From IMG/VR virus record IMGVR_UViG_3300032286_000510, positions 14,932 to 78,931 of that record: a stretch of DNA of 64,000 bases; one strand, written 5' to 3'. This document shows positions 36,501 to 48,300 of this stretch, in pieces. The position numbers and the translations under genes were made by a program. The stretch is from a virus. How positions within the stretch are numbered: the first letter of the stretch is position 1; each line of letters begins with the position of its first letter. The notes under the pieces were generated by a model. That model was not told where the DNA came from. It worked only from the letters and a program-made list of their open reading frames with translations, and did no database searches.

Positions 36501-39500
36501 TGATTTTACTTTAGTTGGAACAGCAGAGACAACATCATATGTCTCATCTGGTTTTTCAACTGCGTATTACTCTACAGATTCTAAAAATACAAAAGGAAAA
36601 ATATTTTCAATAAAAACAATTAATTTTGGATCAAATTTACAAAAAATACCTCAAATATCTTCTATACAATCAGATGAAGGAACTAATGGAGTTCTTTCAA
36701 TTGAATCTAATGATATTGGAACCGTAAAAGATATTAGAGTTATAAATCAAGGTCTTGAATTTTCAAACAATAAAACATTAACTCCAAAAGCAGATACATA
36801 TACTATTTTAAAATTAAAAAATGTATATAAATTAAAAACAATTGGAATTACCACTGGTGGCAAAAATTATACTACTGCGCCAAATGTAATTGCCGTTGGA
36901 AACTCATCAATTTTAACAAGAACTTCAATACAAGGAAGTTCTGTAGAAAAAATAGAAATTATTTCAAATGACAGTGGATTGACAAATGACATTAGAATTT
37001 TACCAACCAACAATTCAAATGGAGTTGGTATTATTAATGCATCATCAAGTTTTAAACTTAATACTTTGTATCTGAAAGCACCTCTTTTGGGATTTACAGA
37101 ATTTCCATTTAATATTGGCGATAAAATTTTTGTGGAAAACATATCAATAACTGATTCGTCCGATGGTTATAATTCAAGCGATTATGATTACAAATATTTT
37201 ACAGTCACTGGAATTAATACAATTTCTGGTTCGGAATATGTTAGATATTCAATTTCTGGTCTTGGCAATACTGGTGGATTATTTGATTCAACAAAAACTT
37301 TTGGTAGAGTTATAAAAGTAAATGATTTGGCTTCATTTGACGTAGAATTTGAAAAAATTAATTTTTTAGAAGGAGAAAAGATAACTCAATTGAGCGACAA
37401 TACAACTGCATATGTCTCCGAAAATGGTTGGGACCCAGAAGCACAAACTTTGAAGGTTATCAATATTGATGGAAAATTCAACGAAGACAGTCAAATAAAA
37501 GGATCTGTAGGAAATTACAAATCAAGTATTGATTCTATATATTCATTTGATTTTGATTTAAATGTCAATTCAACTACTAAAAAAAATAAAAATTGGAACA
37601 CAGACAAAGGAAAATTAAATTTTGATAGTCAAAGAATTCAAGATAGTGATTATTATCAAAGATTTTCATATTCTATAAAAGGAGAAGTTGAATATGATGC
37701 TTGGAAAGAATCAGTCAACAGTTTAACTCATACATCTGGTTTTAAAAACTTTTCTAATTTAGAAATACTAAACGGTGTTGGAAAAACATCTTCTATAAAA
37801 TCAACTGATTCACAAATTGATTTGAATGTTGAAATATTAAGTTCGGCTTCAGTAAATGATAGATTGTACTATGATTTTGCTTCCGAAGATACTAATAACC
37901 AATCACTATCAAAAATAATTAAATTTGATTCTAAAATTATTACAGACTATAACGAATCAAGAACTAATAAAGTTTTAGAAATTGATGATATTAGTTCACA
38001 ATTTACAGGAATAACAACTACTCTTGGTGGTCAAATTGTTGGTCTGACTTCATTTAGATTGTATAATAATACAAATACACTATTATACAAAAATTTTAAT
38101 TCTTCTGCAATAACAACATCTTTATCACTAATAACAATTACCGATCACGAATTTAATACTGGAGAGATATTGCAATATTCTCCAAATGGAGGAACACCAA
38201 TTGGAATTATAACAACAACAGTAGTTGGTGTTGGAACGACAACCATATTACCATCTAATGTGTATGCTATTAAAATATCTAAAGATACGATTAAACTGGC
38301 AATAGGATCGTCTGAAGCATCTTCTGGAGTAGCAATAACATTTACTTCTTCTGGCATTGGAACACAACATAGTCTTTCTGTTGAATCAGAATTGGCTACA
38401 AGTAGATGTTTTATTACTGTTGATAACATAATTCAAAGTCCACTATCAAGAAAAGACATATTAGTAGGATTATCCACTCAAGTTGGATTGACCACAACAA
38501 CAATTTATTTAAATGATATTTCAAAAATTCAAGGAAAATCATTAATAAAAATAGAAAATGAAATTGTTAAAGTTAATTTGGTTGGTGTTGGATCAACTAA
38601 TTCTCTCAATGTCATTAGAAGTTATATGGGATCTGTTGCATCCGCACATACTGTTGGTGCAGCAGTTACCGTATTATCTGGTGATTATAGAATAAAAAAA
38701 GGTACAATTTATTTTTCAGATGCTCCTTATGGTCCAACGGGAATTGGTTCATTAACATCAAAATCAACTTTTGCCGGAAGAGTATTTTATCGTTTAAATT
38801 ATGATACAAATCACATTATTGATGATATTTCAGAATCATTTAACAGTATTCAAAATAAATTTGATTTAAAAACAAATGGAACAACTTTGTCTGGAATACA
38901 AACCAGTTTTGGAGTTGTTTTAGTTAATAATATTTTTCAAAGACCATTTTACGGTGACGTTGGATCTATCTTGGAATCGGATTATCAAATTGTGGGTACT
39001 GGACAAACAATTAGTTTTACTGGATCAAATTATAAAAATTTACCAAGAGGTGGTGTAATTAATGAGTTTGACGTAATAAATGGAAGTGGATATCAAACAC
39101 CATACAGAGCGTCTGCATATGTTACTGTTTCTGTTGGTGGAACAATTCAATCAATAGGATTATCAACTGGAGGATCTGGTTATATTGCCGCACCTAGAGT
39201 TTCTATTGCAGATACACTTGGAATTGGAGTATCAATTGTTTCGTCAATAACAAATGGAATTGTAACTTCATTTACGATAGTAAATCCAGGAAGTGGATAT
39301 ACAACTTCCAGTCCACCTATAGTTACTATAGATGAACCATATCCATACAAAAATCTATTATTGACTGGTGGCAATGGAACTGGAGCAAAAATGAATGTAG
39401 TAGTTGGCACTGGGGGAAGTATAATTTCATTTGACTTACAGGATCGTGGATATGGATACAATATCGGTGATGTGTTGACTCTTTCTGGAATACCATTCAG

Positions 39501-40791
39501 AACTGGAATTGGAACTACTGCATTTAAAATTACAGTAAAGAATAGATATCAAAGCAAATTCTCTGGTTGGACTTTTGGTCAATTATTAGAACTTGACGAT
39601 TTTAGTAATTTATTTAATGGATCCAGAAAGTCATTTTTATTAACAAGAACTATAGTCACTAAAGAATACTATAGCATAAATGCACAAAAAGATTCTGGAA
39701 TTATTTTGAAAAATAATTTACTTATTTTCTTAAATGATGTATTACAAAAACCAGAAATAGATTATACTTTCAATGGTGGAACTAGAATTACATTCCAAGA
39801 AGCACCAAAATATGGAAGTAAATTAAAAATTTATTTTTATGTTGGATCTTCGGAAGATTATGTGATTATTGATGTGGATCAATCAGTAAAACCAGGAGAT
39901 AGATTGAGATTGCAAGAACAAAATAACGTCCCATCTCAAGATGAAAGAATCATTTATGAATTAATTGCTTCGGATAGCGTCGAAACACAAACTTATGGTG
40001 GTATTGGAATAGTAACAGATTCCACATTCTTGAGACCAATAGTTTGGACAAAACAATCTTCAGATCTTATTATTGATGGAATCAAAATATCAAAACAAAG
40101 AGATTATCTCGAACCGCAAATATATCCAAGTACAAATATCATTGCTTCAGTTGCATCAACTGATTCAAAAATTTATGTCAAAAATACATATCCATTGTTT
40201 AATAACTTGGATGACCTATCGCAAACTTTAAATGATATTATAATTGTTGGTTTGGGAACTACTGCAGTGACCGAAAAAATAAAAAAAGTCACATATTCTG
40301 GAGATTATGGGATTGTTGTTGGAATTGCGACAAGTGCTACTGGAATAAGCACATCATCACCTATGATTATTTTTGACATAAATCCAAATCCAAATATTTC
40401 CGGAAATGTAATTAGACCAGGAATTTCAACAGGTGATTATTTTGTTATTGAAAATACAATAATTGGTTCCGGTGTAACTTCCATAAAGAATAATTTATCT
40501 TCGGTTGTTTCTGTTGGAAATAGTTTTATTGATAATGTTTATTATGCAAGTAATATTGTTTCGGTTGGATCAAGCACTCTTCGTGTATATTCAAATGTAA
40601 CATCTATTTCTGGAGTAAACACATCTACATTACCTAATCTTAATTTTTACGGAACTTATACTTGGGGATCAATCAATATATCTAGAAATCCAAATTCTAA
40701 ATCATTTCAATTTTATAATCAAAATGGTATTGCTGGAATCGAAACGTCAGCACACGTTTCTAGATTATTGCAATTGAGATTAACTTATTAA
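30553..40791 (+). CDS. gp7: Baseplate wedge initiator gp7-like, 3412 aa
   Basis: QIPEF...ENPLF.EFL.QYY, KDFYRSKGT, HSPIIGWAYDGNPIYGPYG, RIQDSDYYQ.FSY; position between gp6 and gp8. Confidence 0.85.
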   Translation: MSENKVKISNIVENQIPEFLNEENPLFKEFLNQYYISQEFDYSIVNLAENIFSYKHIDTYRNVGLSTISIKLTSNVLAFEDTIDVTTTIGFPPKYGLLKVNDEIITYTGITTNSFTGCIRGFSGISQIETEGNPEFLTFSSTEAQEHSSGSLVSNLSFIFVQEFFKKYKYQFLPGFENRTFISGVSIENILTRAKDFYRSKGTDSAIKILFKILFGKNVQIIKPFDNTISTSEAEWISVDEMIVESLDGNPSNLKETTIYQNSFNFPTASGTISNVEDIYLANKKYYKISFPKFTINGNFLISNKTKVIGNTPSSDVVTVDSTIGFKDSGNFYYLDKESNVYNQIEYTSKSHNQFFGCIGLTTSLTENTPIIDNNFVYGYENNDINLICKMRVVGTISNLSTGVENTKYFLPGDKIKLKYIGEKTSLDDKKFSTWFYNNISYVETQSVDAATKTIITKSPHFLHKGDNVDIINKLTNSTTVSSSEVSSVLNSTQFQITTGSLDNNTEYYVKKNLNFVSSNLNLNSLLADIQNSFIDKDENTYIAFSGYPSYSALETTNRSKTFTSNSASSGVINISSHGFITGDKIYLEASSDITGVSSGYYYANKLNENSIQLSLSRLNIYSNDFLIFNGSGDTTNTITPADLYGSNLINQDNFKRILKIPQKNTNNLSLNGPIGVFLNGVELYSPISNDSVFYGQLQKINILDSGLNYDVINPATISIVDSSGTGAEAYPHLSGNIEEIILENPGFNYIDLPTVKISGGNGSGCVAEAKMTSHQHFVSFSDLKVNLISNSINLDDDHKFFDGEEVIYTSSGLPIGIGSTNVGFSTSCLTNNAFYYISKIDGTSFSIAVSKENALAKTNLIDFTSFGNQTHTFKSSKFKNIIDRISIQNPGSTYSNKKVVVDSIAYPPLEKKDIIKTFVGINTYDNYIFAINHNYKNGDILTYSVDGTTISGLSTSNYYKVTIIDENKFKLSYAGTASSISTIDYDNKIYANLTNIGVGTHTFNYPPITVSIFGNTGISSTTIPSYYTATAHAVVSGKVENVFLKKGGVGYGVTNIINLIRRPEVILQTGKNASIRAIVNDSGEISDVYIIDKGSEYTTPPILEVIGSGKYAKLNANIFNGQITSINIISSGKGYSKNNTTIKVSPRGSGAFFNAEIQKWSINAVEKYKNILETEQYKGTLQIPSEAKFKENKIGSYYATKEIRKILNDNLDQNTFEELDELNSHSPIIGWAYDGNPIYGPYGNAKAIADSSGTGGLKRITSSYNKLSSIIDTNLRPPYPSGYFIEDYNFDNSGDLDEYNGRFIVNSDFPNGTYAYFSTLDIDKKPSFPYTTFKHHNATDLFNYDVLKTQSDLYLNTGEYKRNITPQGISEKYKKYPFFNDNFNSNVNLEVILTKKSKISEIIVKDGGSSYKVGDDVIFLNDPNINSSVKEVLGKNIVSIASSEIINENLVFSFLDKKVTALSTAPHNFVDGDIVEISGISTSLYKSIEGLKTIEVSSIVASLSVSIGNTSTTGITTFISISDPTSNGNFTPNNIIQIESEQLLILNLDNYNNRYRVQRAYNNTVGSAHTATSIVRLLPKSFTFDNNLPIPTNNETNYSYYFNPNNSIGIGSSYTNIIVETSGSNNIVKSVPPKAIYLPNHKFNTGDLLSYTSIGSTIVASKDSSLTPTFKLNDFQNLYCVKISDEYIGISTEKVGFTTSSVYFVSYTGTNHNFESIKNQITGNSKKVNVTVTVDESIDLKVDDNINLNILPKLNQSFNFKFNSVIKKLVVNPVSFASTAVGVGTANSTITINNHNYKTGDVVVYTAANPITPLVNNEIYYVIKTSNSSIKLASNSYNASKLDYEYIGISSYGSGTHDLSLINPKLTFYKGNNVSIAVSDTSLSGYDIKFYYDNQFKSEYNSTLIRKYGTIGDSNPSSRINVYIGDSIENQFFYRIEGKDINFTDTYPSSTNTDVKNYSLIEIKQSIYNGSHIISGVGTTSFDFTLVGTAETTSYVSSGFSTAYYSTDSKNTKGKIFSIKTINFGSNLQKIPQISSIQSDEGTNGVLSIESNDIGTVKDIRVINQGLEFSNNKTLTPKADTYTILKLKNVYKLKTIGITTGGKNYTTAPNVIAVGNSSILTRTSIQGSSVEKIEIISNDSGLTNDIRILPTNNSNGVGIINASSSFKLNTLYLKAPLLGFTEFPFNIGDKIFVENISITDSSDGYNSSDYDYKYFTVTGINTISGSEYVRYSISGLGNTGGLFDSTKTFGRVIKVNDLASFDVEFEKINFLEGEKITQLSDNTTAYVSENGWDPEAQTLKVINIDGKFNEDSQIKGSVGNYKSSIDSIYSFDFDLNVNSTTKKNKNWNTDKGKLNFDSQRIQDSDYYQRFSYSIKGEVEYDAWKESVNSLTHTSGFKNFSNLEILNGVGKTSSIKSTDSQIDLNVEILSSASVNDRLYYDFASEDTNNQSLSKIIKFDSKIITDYNESRTNKVLEIDDISSQFTGITTTLGGQIVGLTSFRLYNNTNTLLYKNFNSSAITTSLSLITITDHEFNTGEILQYSPNGGTPIGIITTTVVGVGTTTILPSNVYAIKISKDTIKLAIGSSEASSGVAITFTSSGIGTQHSLSVESELATSRCFITVDNIIQSPLSRKDILVGLSTQVGLTTTTIYLNDISKIQGKSLIKIENEIVKVNLVGVGSTNSLNVIRSYMGSVASAHTVGAAVTVLSGDYRIKKGTIYFSDAPYGPTGIGSLTSKSTFAGRVFYRLNYDTNHIIDDISESFNSIQNKFDLKTNGTTLSGIQTSFGVVLVNNIFQRPFYGDVGSILESDYQIVGTGQTISFTGSNYKNLPRGGVINEFDVINGSGYQTPYRASAYVTVSVGGTIQSIGLSTGGSGYIAAPRVSIADTLGIGVSIVSSITNGIVTSFTIVNPGSGYTTSSPPIVTIDEPYPYKNLLLTGGNGTGAKMNVVVGTGGSIISFDLQDRGYGYNIGDVLTLSGIPFRTGIGTTAFKITVKNRYQSKFSGWTFGQLLELDDFSNLFNGSRKSFLLTRTIVTKEYYSINAQKDSGIILKNNLLIFLNDVLQKPEIDYTFNGGTRITFQEAPKYGSKLKIYFYVGSSEDYVIIDVDQSVKPGDRLRLQEQNNVPSQDERIIYELIASDSVETQTYGGIGIVTDSTFLRPIVWTKQSSDLIIDGIKISKQRDYLEPQIYPSTNIIASVASTDSKIYVKNTYPLFNNLDDLSQTLNDIIIVGLGTTAVTEKIKKVTYSGDYGIVVGIATSATGISTSSPMIIFDINPNPNISGNVIRPGISTGDYFVIENTIIGSGVTSIKNNLSSVVSVGNSFIDNVYYASNIVSVGSSTLRVYSNVTSISGVNTSTLPNLNFYGTYTWGSINISRNPNSKSFQFYNQNGIAGIETSAHVSRLLQLRLTY

Positions 40792-40797
40792 TTAAAG

Positions 40798-40805
40798 TAT
40801 AAATA
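40798..40805 (+). promoter_or_regulatory. T4-type late promoter
   Basis: TATAAATA upstream of gp8; others at 49895, 57936, 62731. Confidence 0.8.
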
Positions 40806-40820
40806 GTCAAAAAGAACAAA

Positions 40821-42383
40821 ATGCCCGCTATAATTACTGATCAATTTAGAATATTAAATACAGAAACTTTTGTTAAAAGTTTTACTGGAATTGGTACTAC
40901 GACAAATTACTATTATAGTTTTTTGGCTCATCCAAATCCCACAAACACAACTATTGAAAATTATGGTACTTCTAATTGGCAAGCACAGCCACCAGAACCA
41001 AAAGATTCATTTAGGGATGGGAATTCATACTTTGATAGTATGTTATTTTTGAAAAGGATAACATCCAATGATGTTGCTAGAATTATTCCTAGATTGAATT
41101 GGGAATCTGGTGTAAGTTATGATATGTATAGAAATAATTATAGTATTGACAATCCTGCTCCACAAACTGACGCAAAAACTTTATACGAATCTAGGTTTTA
41201 TGTAATAAATTCCGAGTATAAAGTATATATTTGTTTAAATAATGGATCAAATCCAGAATATCCAAAAGGACAAAAATCATTATATGAACCAAATTTCGTA
41301 GATACAAATCCGCAAATAGCAGGGGATGATGGATACTTATGGAAATATCTTTACACAATTTCTCCATCAGACATCTTGAAATTTACAACTGAAACTTATA
41401 TTCCTGTTCCAAAAACTTGGGGTGATCCGACAACAGAATCTATCAAAAATTCTGCAGTTAATGGAAAAATACAGACTGTAATTATAAAAAATAGAGGATT
41501 GGGGTATACACTTTCCGGTGGTGGTGGTTCAACTGGAACTATTACTGACATTCCAATATTAGGAGATGGAACTGGAGGAACAGTATCAATAACAATCAAT
41601 GGTGGAGAAATTGATACAATACAAGTTACAAATGGTGGTTCTAATTACACTAAAGGATTCATAAACTTTGGTAGTGGTTTTGGGGGAATTCCAGAGATTA
41701 CAGGAGGTTCTGGGGGTTCTTTGGAGGTGATTATTCCCCCAATTGGTGGTCATGGATTTGATATTTACAAAGAACTTGGATCATATAGAGTTATGATCTA
41801 TTCAAAATATGATTCTGACCCAGATTATGTTATTGGAAATAATTTTTCAAGAATTGGAATAGTCAAAAATCCAGTTGTTTATGGCAGTCAAGTAGATCCA
41901 ATAAATACTTCCACAGCAACAAATCTTGGTGCATTGAAATTAAAACCAGTGGGATCTGGCAATACGTCGGATACAACATATCCAATAAATGCATTAATAA
42001 CACAATCTGTTGGGGTTGGATCCACTGCGGTTGGATATGTTGCTTCTTGGAATGGAAATACTGGCATTTTAAAATACTATCAACCAGTTGGACTATCAAC
42101 TTTGTCTACATATGGTTATAAGTTAAATTCATTTGTTGGTTCTGAAACAACAATAAATTGCTCCAATGTCACTGGGTCTCCGTTAATTGTGGATACATCA
42201 TTCTTTGGTGACAATATTCAAGTTGGCGGAAAAATAATTCAACTTGGACAAACTTTTATTGGTGGAATTTCAAATCCAGATATAAAAAAATATTATGGTG
42301 AAATCATTTATATTGACAACAGAGCTCCAATAACGAGATCTGCTTCACAAAAAGAAGAATTAAAAATTGTAGTAGAATTCTAA
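40821..42383 (+). CDS. gp8: Baseplate wedge subunit gp8
   Basis: MPAIITDQFRILN, YKVYICL.N, DGYLWKYLYTI, GEIIYIDNR.PITR...QKEE.K.V.EF. Confidence 0.92.
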   Translation: MPAIITDQFRILNTETFVKSFTGIGTTTNYYYSFLAHPNPTNTTIENYGTSNWQAQPPEPKDSFRDGNSYFDSMLFLKRITSNDVARIIPRLNWESGVSYDMYRNNYSIDNPAPQTDAKTLYESRFYVINSEYKVYICLNNGSNPEYPKGQKSLYEPNFVDTNPQIAGDDGYLWKYLYTISPSDILKFTTETYIPVPKTWGDPTTESIKNSAVNGKIQTVIIKNRGLGYTLSGGGGSTGTITDIPILGDGTGGTVSITINGGEIDTIQVTNGGSNYTKGFINFGSGFGGIPEITGGSGGSLEVIIPPIGGHGFDIYKELGSYRVMIYSKYDSDPDYVIGNNFSRIGIVKNPVVYGSQVDPINTSTATNLGALKLKPVGSGNTSDTTYPINALITQSVGVGSTAVGYVASWNGNTGILKYYQPVGLSTLSTYGYKLNSFVGSETTINCSNVTGSPLIVDTSFFGDNIQVGGKIIQLGQTFIGGISNPDIKKYYGEIIYIDNRAPITRSASQKEELKIVVEF

Positions 42384-42387
42384 AGAA

Positions 42388-45300
42388 ATGGCACAAAACA
42401 CTAATTTAAATGTCTCTCCATATTTTGATGATTTTGATGAGAATAAAAACTACAAGAAAGTTTTATTCAAACCTGGATTTCCAATTCAATCTAGAGAATT
42501 AAACACTCTACAATCAATTCTTCAAAATCAAACTGAAAAATTTGGTAAATATTTTTTCAAGGAGGGATCAGTTGTTATTCCAGGAGCAACTTTTTATGAT
42601 GATAGATATTTTGCCGTTAGAATAGATCCATATTTTTTGAATATACCTGTAAAGGAATATACAAATATACTAGCATCCGAAGAGATTGAAATAAAAGGAG
42701 AAACTTCTGGTGTAACTGCAACTGTTATTAATAAAATTACAGATACGGAATCTACAGATGGATTCGATACTCTTTATGTAAAATACAAATCTGCTGGAAT
42801 AGATCCAAATATAAAAACTTTTATTGATGGCGAAAATTTAATCACACTTTCAGATATTGATTATTCTTTAACTAAAATTTCAGCAAATAGTTCATTTGCA
42901 AAATGTATAATTTCAAATTCAACTAAAATTGGATCTTGTGCTTCAATTAATGAAGGCGTTTATTTTATAAGAGGATATTTTGTAAAAGTACAAAAAGAAA
43001 CAATAATTTTAGATCAATATAGTAATTCTCCCAGTTATAGAATTGGGTTATTAATCAATGAAGAAATTATTTCAGCATCAAGTGAAAATCCAGATCTTTT
43101 TGACAATGCTCAAGGATTTCCAAACGAATCAGCACCAGGAGCTGATAGATTTAAAATTAGTGTAAGTTTACATAAAAAAGAATTAACTGATTTAAATGAT
43201 CAAAATTTTATAGAATTGATTCGTGTAGATCAAGGAATATTACAAAAATTTGTCAATAAAACAGAATTAAATATTTTTAAAGAAGAATTAGCAAGGAGAA
43301 CATTTGAAGAGTCTGGGGATTATTATATTTCCCCATTTGCTATTGATGTAAGAGAATCTTTGAATGATAGAATTTCAAATAGAGGTGTATATTATGAAAA
43401 TCAATTAACGCAGAATGGAAATACTCCATCTGATGATATTTTTGTTTTACAAGTTTCTCCAGGAAAAGCATACATTAGAGGATACGATATTGATAAATTA
43501 TCTACATCATCTATAGATTCAGTAAAACCAAGAACTACAAAATCAAAACAGAATGTAAGTCTGCCAATAAAAATTGGTAACTTGGTGAGAACAAATAATG
43601 TTTATGGTTCTCCAAAAATTGGATTTTCTACAACATATACAGTAAGTTTATTGAATCAGCGATTGAATGGAAATCGCACAATCGGATCTGCAACAACCAT
43701 TGGTATTGCTAGAGTTTATGACTTCAACCAAAGATCTGTTTCTGGAGTTTCAACTACTCAATACGATTTAAGACTTTTTGATATTCAAACATATACTTCA
43801 GTCACAATAGGATTTGGAATCACTGCATCGGCAGACTCACACATTAAAGGTCAATATAGTGGTGCAACAGGATTTCTAAAAAATTCAATTTCAAATGGAA
43901 CATCTCTAACCATATATGACACCAAAGGAAATTTCACAATTAATGAACCAATTATAGTTAATGGGATTAACGCAGGTAGAAATTTAACATCAGTAATAGA
44001 TTATAACTTTACCGATGTCAAATCAGTGTATGGAATAGTTGGAGTATCAACTTTTGCTTCTGATTTTGTTTTGGATCAAAAAGCAAAAGTTTTTACAGAG
44101 ACAAGTCAATTTACAATTACTTCAGGAACAACAGGAGTCAGTACAGTAACAAGCCCAAGTGTTTCTGATTTTAGATCAATAGTAAAAGTTGGAGATATTG
44201 TACAATATTCTAGACCAGGATTCAGTACAATTACATACAATAGAGTATCAAATGTTTCCGCAACCAATCTAACAGTTGTTGGTTTGTCTACAGTTATTGG
44301 AGTTTGTGAAGGTGGTCTTGTTGGGTCCGATTTAACTGTTGTTGATTTTGATGTTGTGATTCCATCATTGGAGAATGCATCAAATCCTGGATATACAATT
44401 GATGTGCAAAATAGATATGTTTCTTCAATTAATTTATTAGATTCTACATATATTGCAAGAAAGCAAATTTCAAAAAACATTACAGGATCTACATATACTT
44501 TCTATCTGAGTGATCTTGGAGATAATAATATCTATTTTGAACCATTTAAAGAAGATAATTATATCTTAACTTGGGAGACAGGACAAAAAGAAGTTTTAAC
44601 TAACGCACAAGTATCTTTTAGTGGAAATTTAAGAGAATTAACTATTTCTGGTCTTTCTAGAACTGGAAATGCAACTTTATCTTGTACAGTGAAAAGAACA
44701 TCACTTTCTTCTAAAGAAAAAACATTAGTTAGATGTAATGAATTAATAGTCAATAGATCAAAATATAGTGGATCTGGAATTGGTTCAACTACTTTTAATG
44801 ATGGACTTACATATAGTTCAGTATATGGAACTAGAGTACAAGATAGTGAAATTTCATTAAATTATCCAGACATCTATAGAATTTTAGGTGTTTTTGAATC
44901 TAATGATAGCAACAATCCAACTTTACCATCATTAACAGTTTCGTCACAATCTGATAGTTTTGCAAATAATGTAAAAACTGGAGAACAACTTATTGGAAAT
45001 TCTTCTGGAGCACTTGCTCGGGTTGTATATGTTGATGGATCAAATCAAATAAGATTTGTATATGAAAATGAAAAAACTTTTGAAATTGGAGAAACAATAA
45101 CATTTAAAACTTCTTCAATTATTGCAACTATTAGTATTTTGATAGTTGGAGATAGAAATATTGTCAGAAATTATGAATTTGATGATGGGTATAGATTAGA
45201 ATATGCAGATTATGGAAGAATTATAAGAGCATCTGGAAATTCAGAACCAACTAAAAAATTAAGTATTATTTTTGATTATTATCAGAATAATGAATCATCA

Positions 45301-48300
45301 GGAACAGTTGAGTCTGTAAATAGTTACAATTCATTAAATTATTCTAAAGAAATACCCTCAGTATTGGGTGTGCGAGCATCTGACTACATTGATTTAAGAC
45401 CAAAAGTTTCACCATACTCTACATCCAGTACATTATCACCATTTTCGTTCTCAAGTAGAAATTTTTCAGGATCTTCTTCCGAAAGTATTGTTTCCAATGA
45501 AACAATTGTAGTTGATTATTCATATTATCTTGGAAGATTGGATAGATTGTATCTAACTAAAGATGGATTGTTTGAAATAAAAAAAGGAGAACCATCCGAA
45601 AATCCAAAACTTCCTGTTCCAAATAATGAAGGATTTGAAGTTGCAACAATTTCAATGAATCCTTATGTAATCAATGCTACTAATGATTGTTCAATAAAAA
45701 CTATACCTCATAAGAGGTATACTATGAATGATATTGGAAATCTTGAAACCAGAATTAAAACATTAGAAGATTATACAACTCTTTCTTTACTTGAAACTGA
45801 TACAAAAAATCTTTCAATTAAAGATCCAAATACTGGACTTGATAAATTTAAATCAGGATTTTTTGTAGATACTTTCAGAAATCACGAATCTCACAATTTG
45901 ACTGGTGATTCTAAATTTGATATTGATGTGGAAAATGGAGAATGCAGACCAAGATCAACAGAAAGGAATGTTTCTTTAATTTTTGAAACAAAATCATCTT
46001 TGGCAAATCCAACAAATTCAGACTATCGTTGGATTGAAGATTTTGAATCTGACAATATTACAAGAAATGGTGTAGGATTAACTTTAAAATACACTGAAGT
46101 TCCATTTATTGTCCAAAGTCTTGCAAGTAGAACAGAAAATATAAATCCTTTCCACATAGCATTATATGCTGGAGCAATTGAACTCACTCCAATATCCGAT
46201 TTCTGGATTGAAGAAGTTATGCTAGAAACTCCAGATGTAATAAAAATTGATTCTACTTTTGGCGCTGTTGCGGAATTACTTGGAGTAGAAAATAGAGAAA
46301 ATGGTGGAATGTCGGCAAGTTATTGGAATTCCCACGAAACAACTTGGACTGGAAGAGAATTAATTAGAGAAGAATTGGTCGCTAGTGATTTAGTTTCATC
46401 AAAATCATCTGCTGATGAGCAATACAGAAACCAAATACCAAGAAGAAGAAGTGTAACTACTACTACTAATGTGTTTTCTAATGATTATCTACAAACAATC
46501 AAACAAACAGGAATAGACAAAACTTTTGGTCTACAATTGACTGCTGGTGAAAAAAATATAAGTCTCGGAAATAGAGTTGTTGGGGTTGATGTTTTATATA
46601 ATTGCCGCTCTAGAAACATCGAAGTAGTTGGAAACAAATTAAAACCAAATACAAGATATTATGTTTTCTTTGAAAATACAGATGTGACAGAATATTGCAC
46701 CCCAAAACTTTTGCCAATCACAATGACAAGAGGATCATTTAAAACTTCTGATATTGTAAGAACTTCGGCGGCAACACAATCAGTTGGAAATCCTAAAATT
46801 AAATTTAGAGTTGCACAACTCAATCACAAATTTGGTGATTTTAAAACACCAACTGTAACTTATAGTACAGATCCATATACATTATCTCCTTTGGGATCAT
46901 CATATTCAAGCACCAGTACGCTTATAAACCTTGATACTGGTGATTTAGCACTTCTAGTTGATCCATCACGTTTTGGGTGGGTTAGAAAAGGTTCTGTGAT
47001 AGCAAATGAATCTGGAACTGCTGAAGCTGTTGTTAATGAATTGAGTTTAAAGAGTGACGAAAAAGGAACTCTTATTTTCTCGTTATTTATTCCGGATCCA
47101 AAAATTGCAAGTAATCCTAAATTTACAACTGGAAAAAATACAATTAGAATTACAACAAGTCCAACAAATGCAAATAATTTAGATCTAGGAGAAAGTTCTG
47201 CACAAACAACTTATTTTGCTACTGGTTATGCACAAAATACCCAAGAGCAAACACTTTCAATCAAAACTCCAGAAATTGAAAGAAAACAAATTGGTTCTGA
47301 TCAACCAATCACACAAATAACACAAAATCTTGATGAAAATAGAATTGAAACCAGAACAAATGTTTCTGATACTGGTTGGTATGATCCTCTTGCTCAATCT
47401 TTCTTAATTGAAAGAGACAAATATCAAGATGGAGTATTTGTTACTGGTGGAGAAGTTTACTTTAAAACAAAAGATGAAGTTTCTCCGGTGACAATCCAAA
47501 TTAGAACCATGAAAGATGGTTCTCCAACTGGAGTAATCGTCCCCTTTGCAGAAACACAAGTTGACCCAAAAGACATTCCACTCTCCACAGATGGAAGTGC
47601 TGCAACTACATTTAAGTTTTCAACGCCAGTATATTTACAATCTGGATATGAATACGCACTTGTTTTGGTATCTCCCACTAGTAAATACTTAACATTCACG
47701 TCTAGGGTTGGTGAAGAGGATTATATTCTCGGATCAATAAGCAATAAGCAACCATATATGGGTTCATTGTTTAAATCGCAAAATGGATCAACTTGGGATC
47801 CAAGTCAATTTGAAGATTTGAAGTTTAAACTTTTCAAGGCAAAGTTTGTAACAAATACTCCATCTAGTTTTATATTTTATAATTCGGACCTTCCAAAAGG
47901 TAAGATTTTAAAAGAAAATCCAGCAACTTCATATTCGAAGAGACAATATGTTTCTATTGCAAACACAACTATTGCATTTGTCCAAGGAAATAGTTTAACT
48001 CAAACAACATCTTATGGTAATATTTTTGATTATGGTGGTCCAGTTGGATTAGGAACAACTTCTCTTTTTGTATCTTCTACTGGAATTGGATTGACTGATG
48101 GTACTTTTGCTGGAATTGGATTTAGTGCAATAACTGGTTATGGAAGTTCTTGCGTTGCAACAGTTACTGTTTCTAGTGGTTCTGTAACTAATTTAAATGT
48201 AACAAGTGGAGGAAACGGATATAAAGTTGGTGATTTGATTTTGGCAAATCAATTAGGAAATACCGGAACTGGAGTGAGAGCGACAGTTGGAATTGTCACC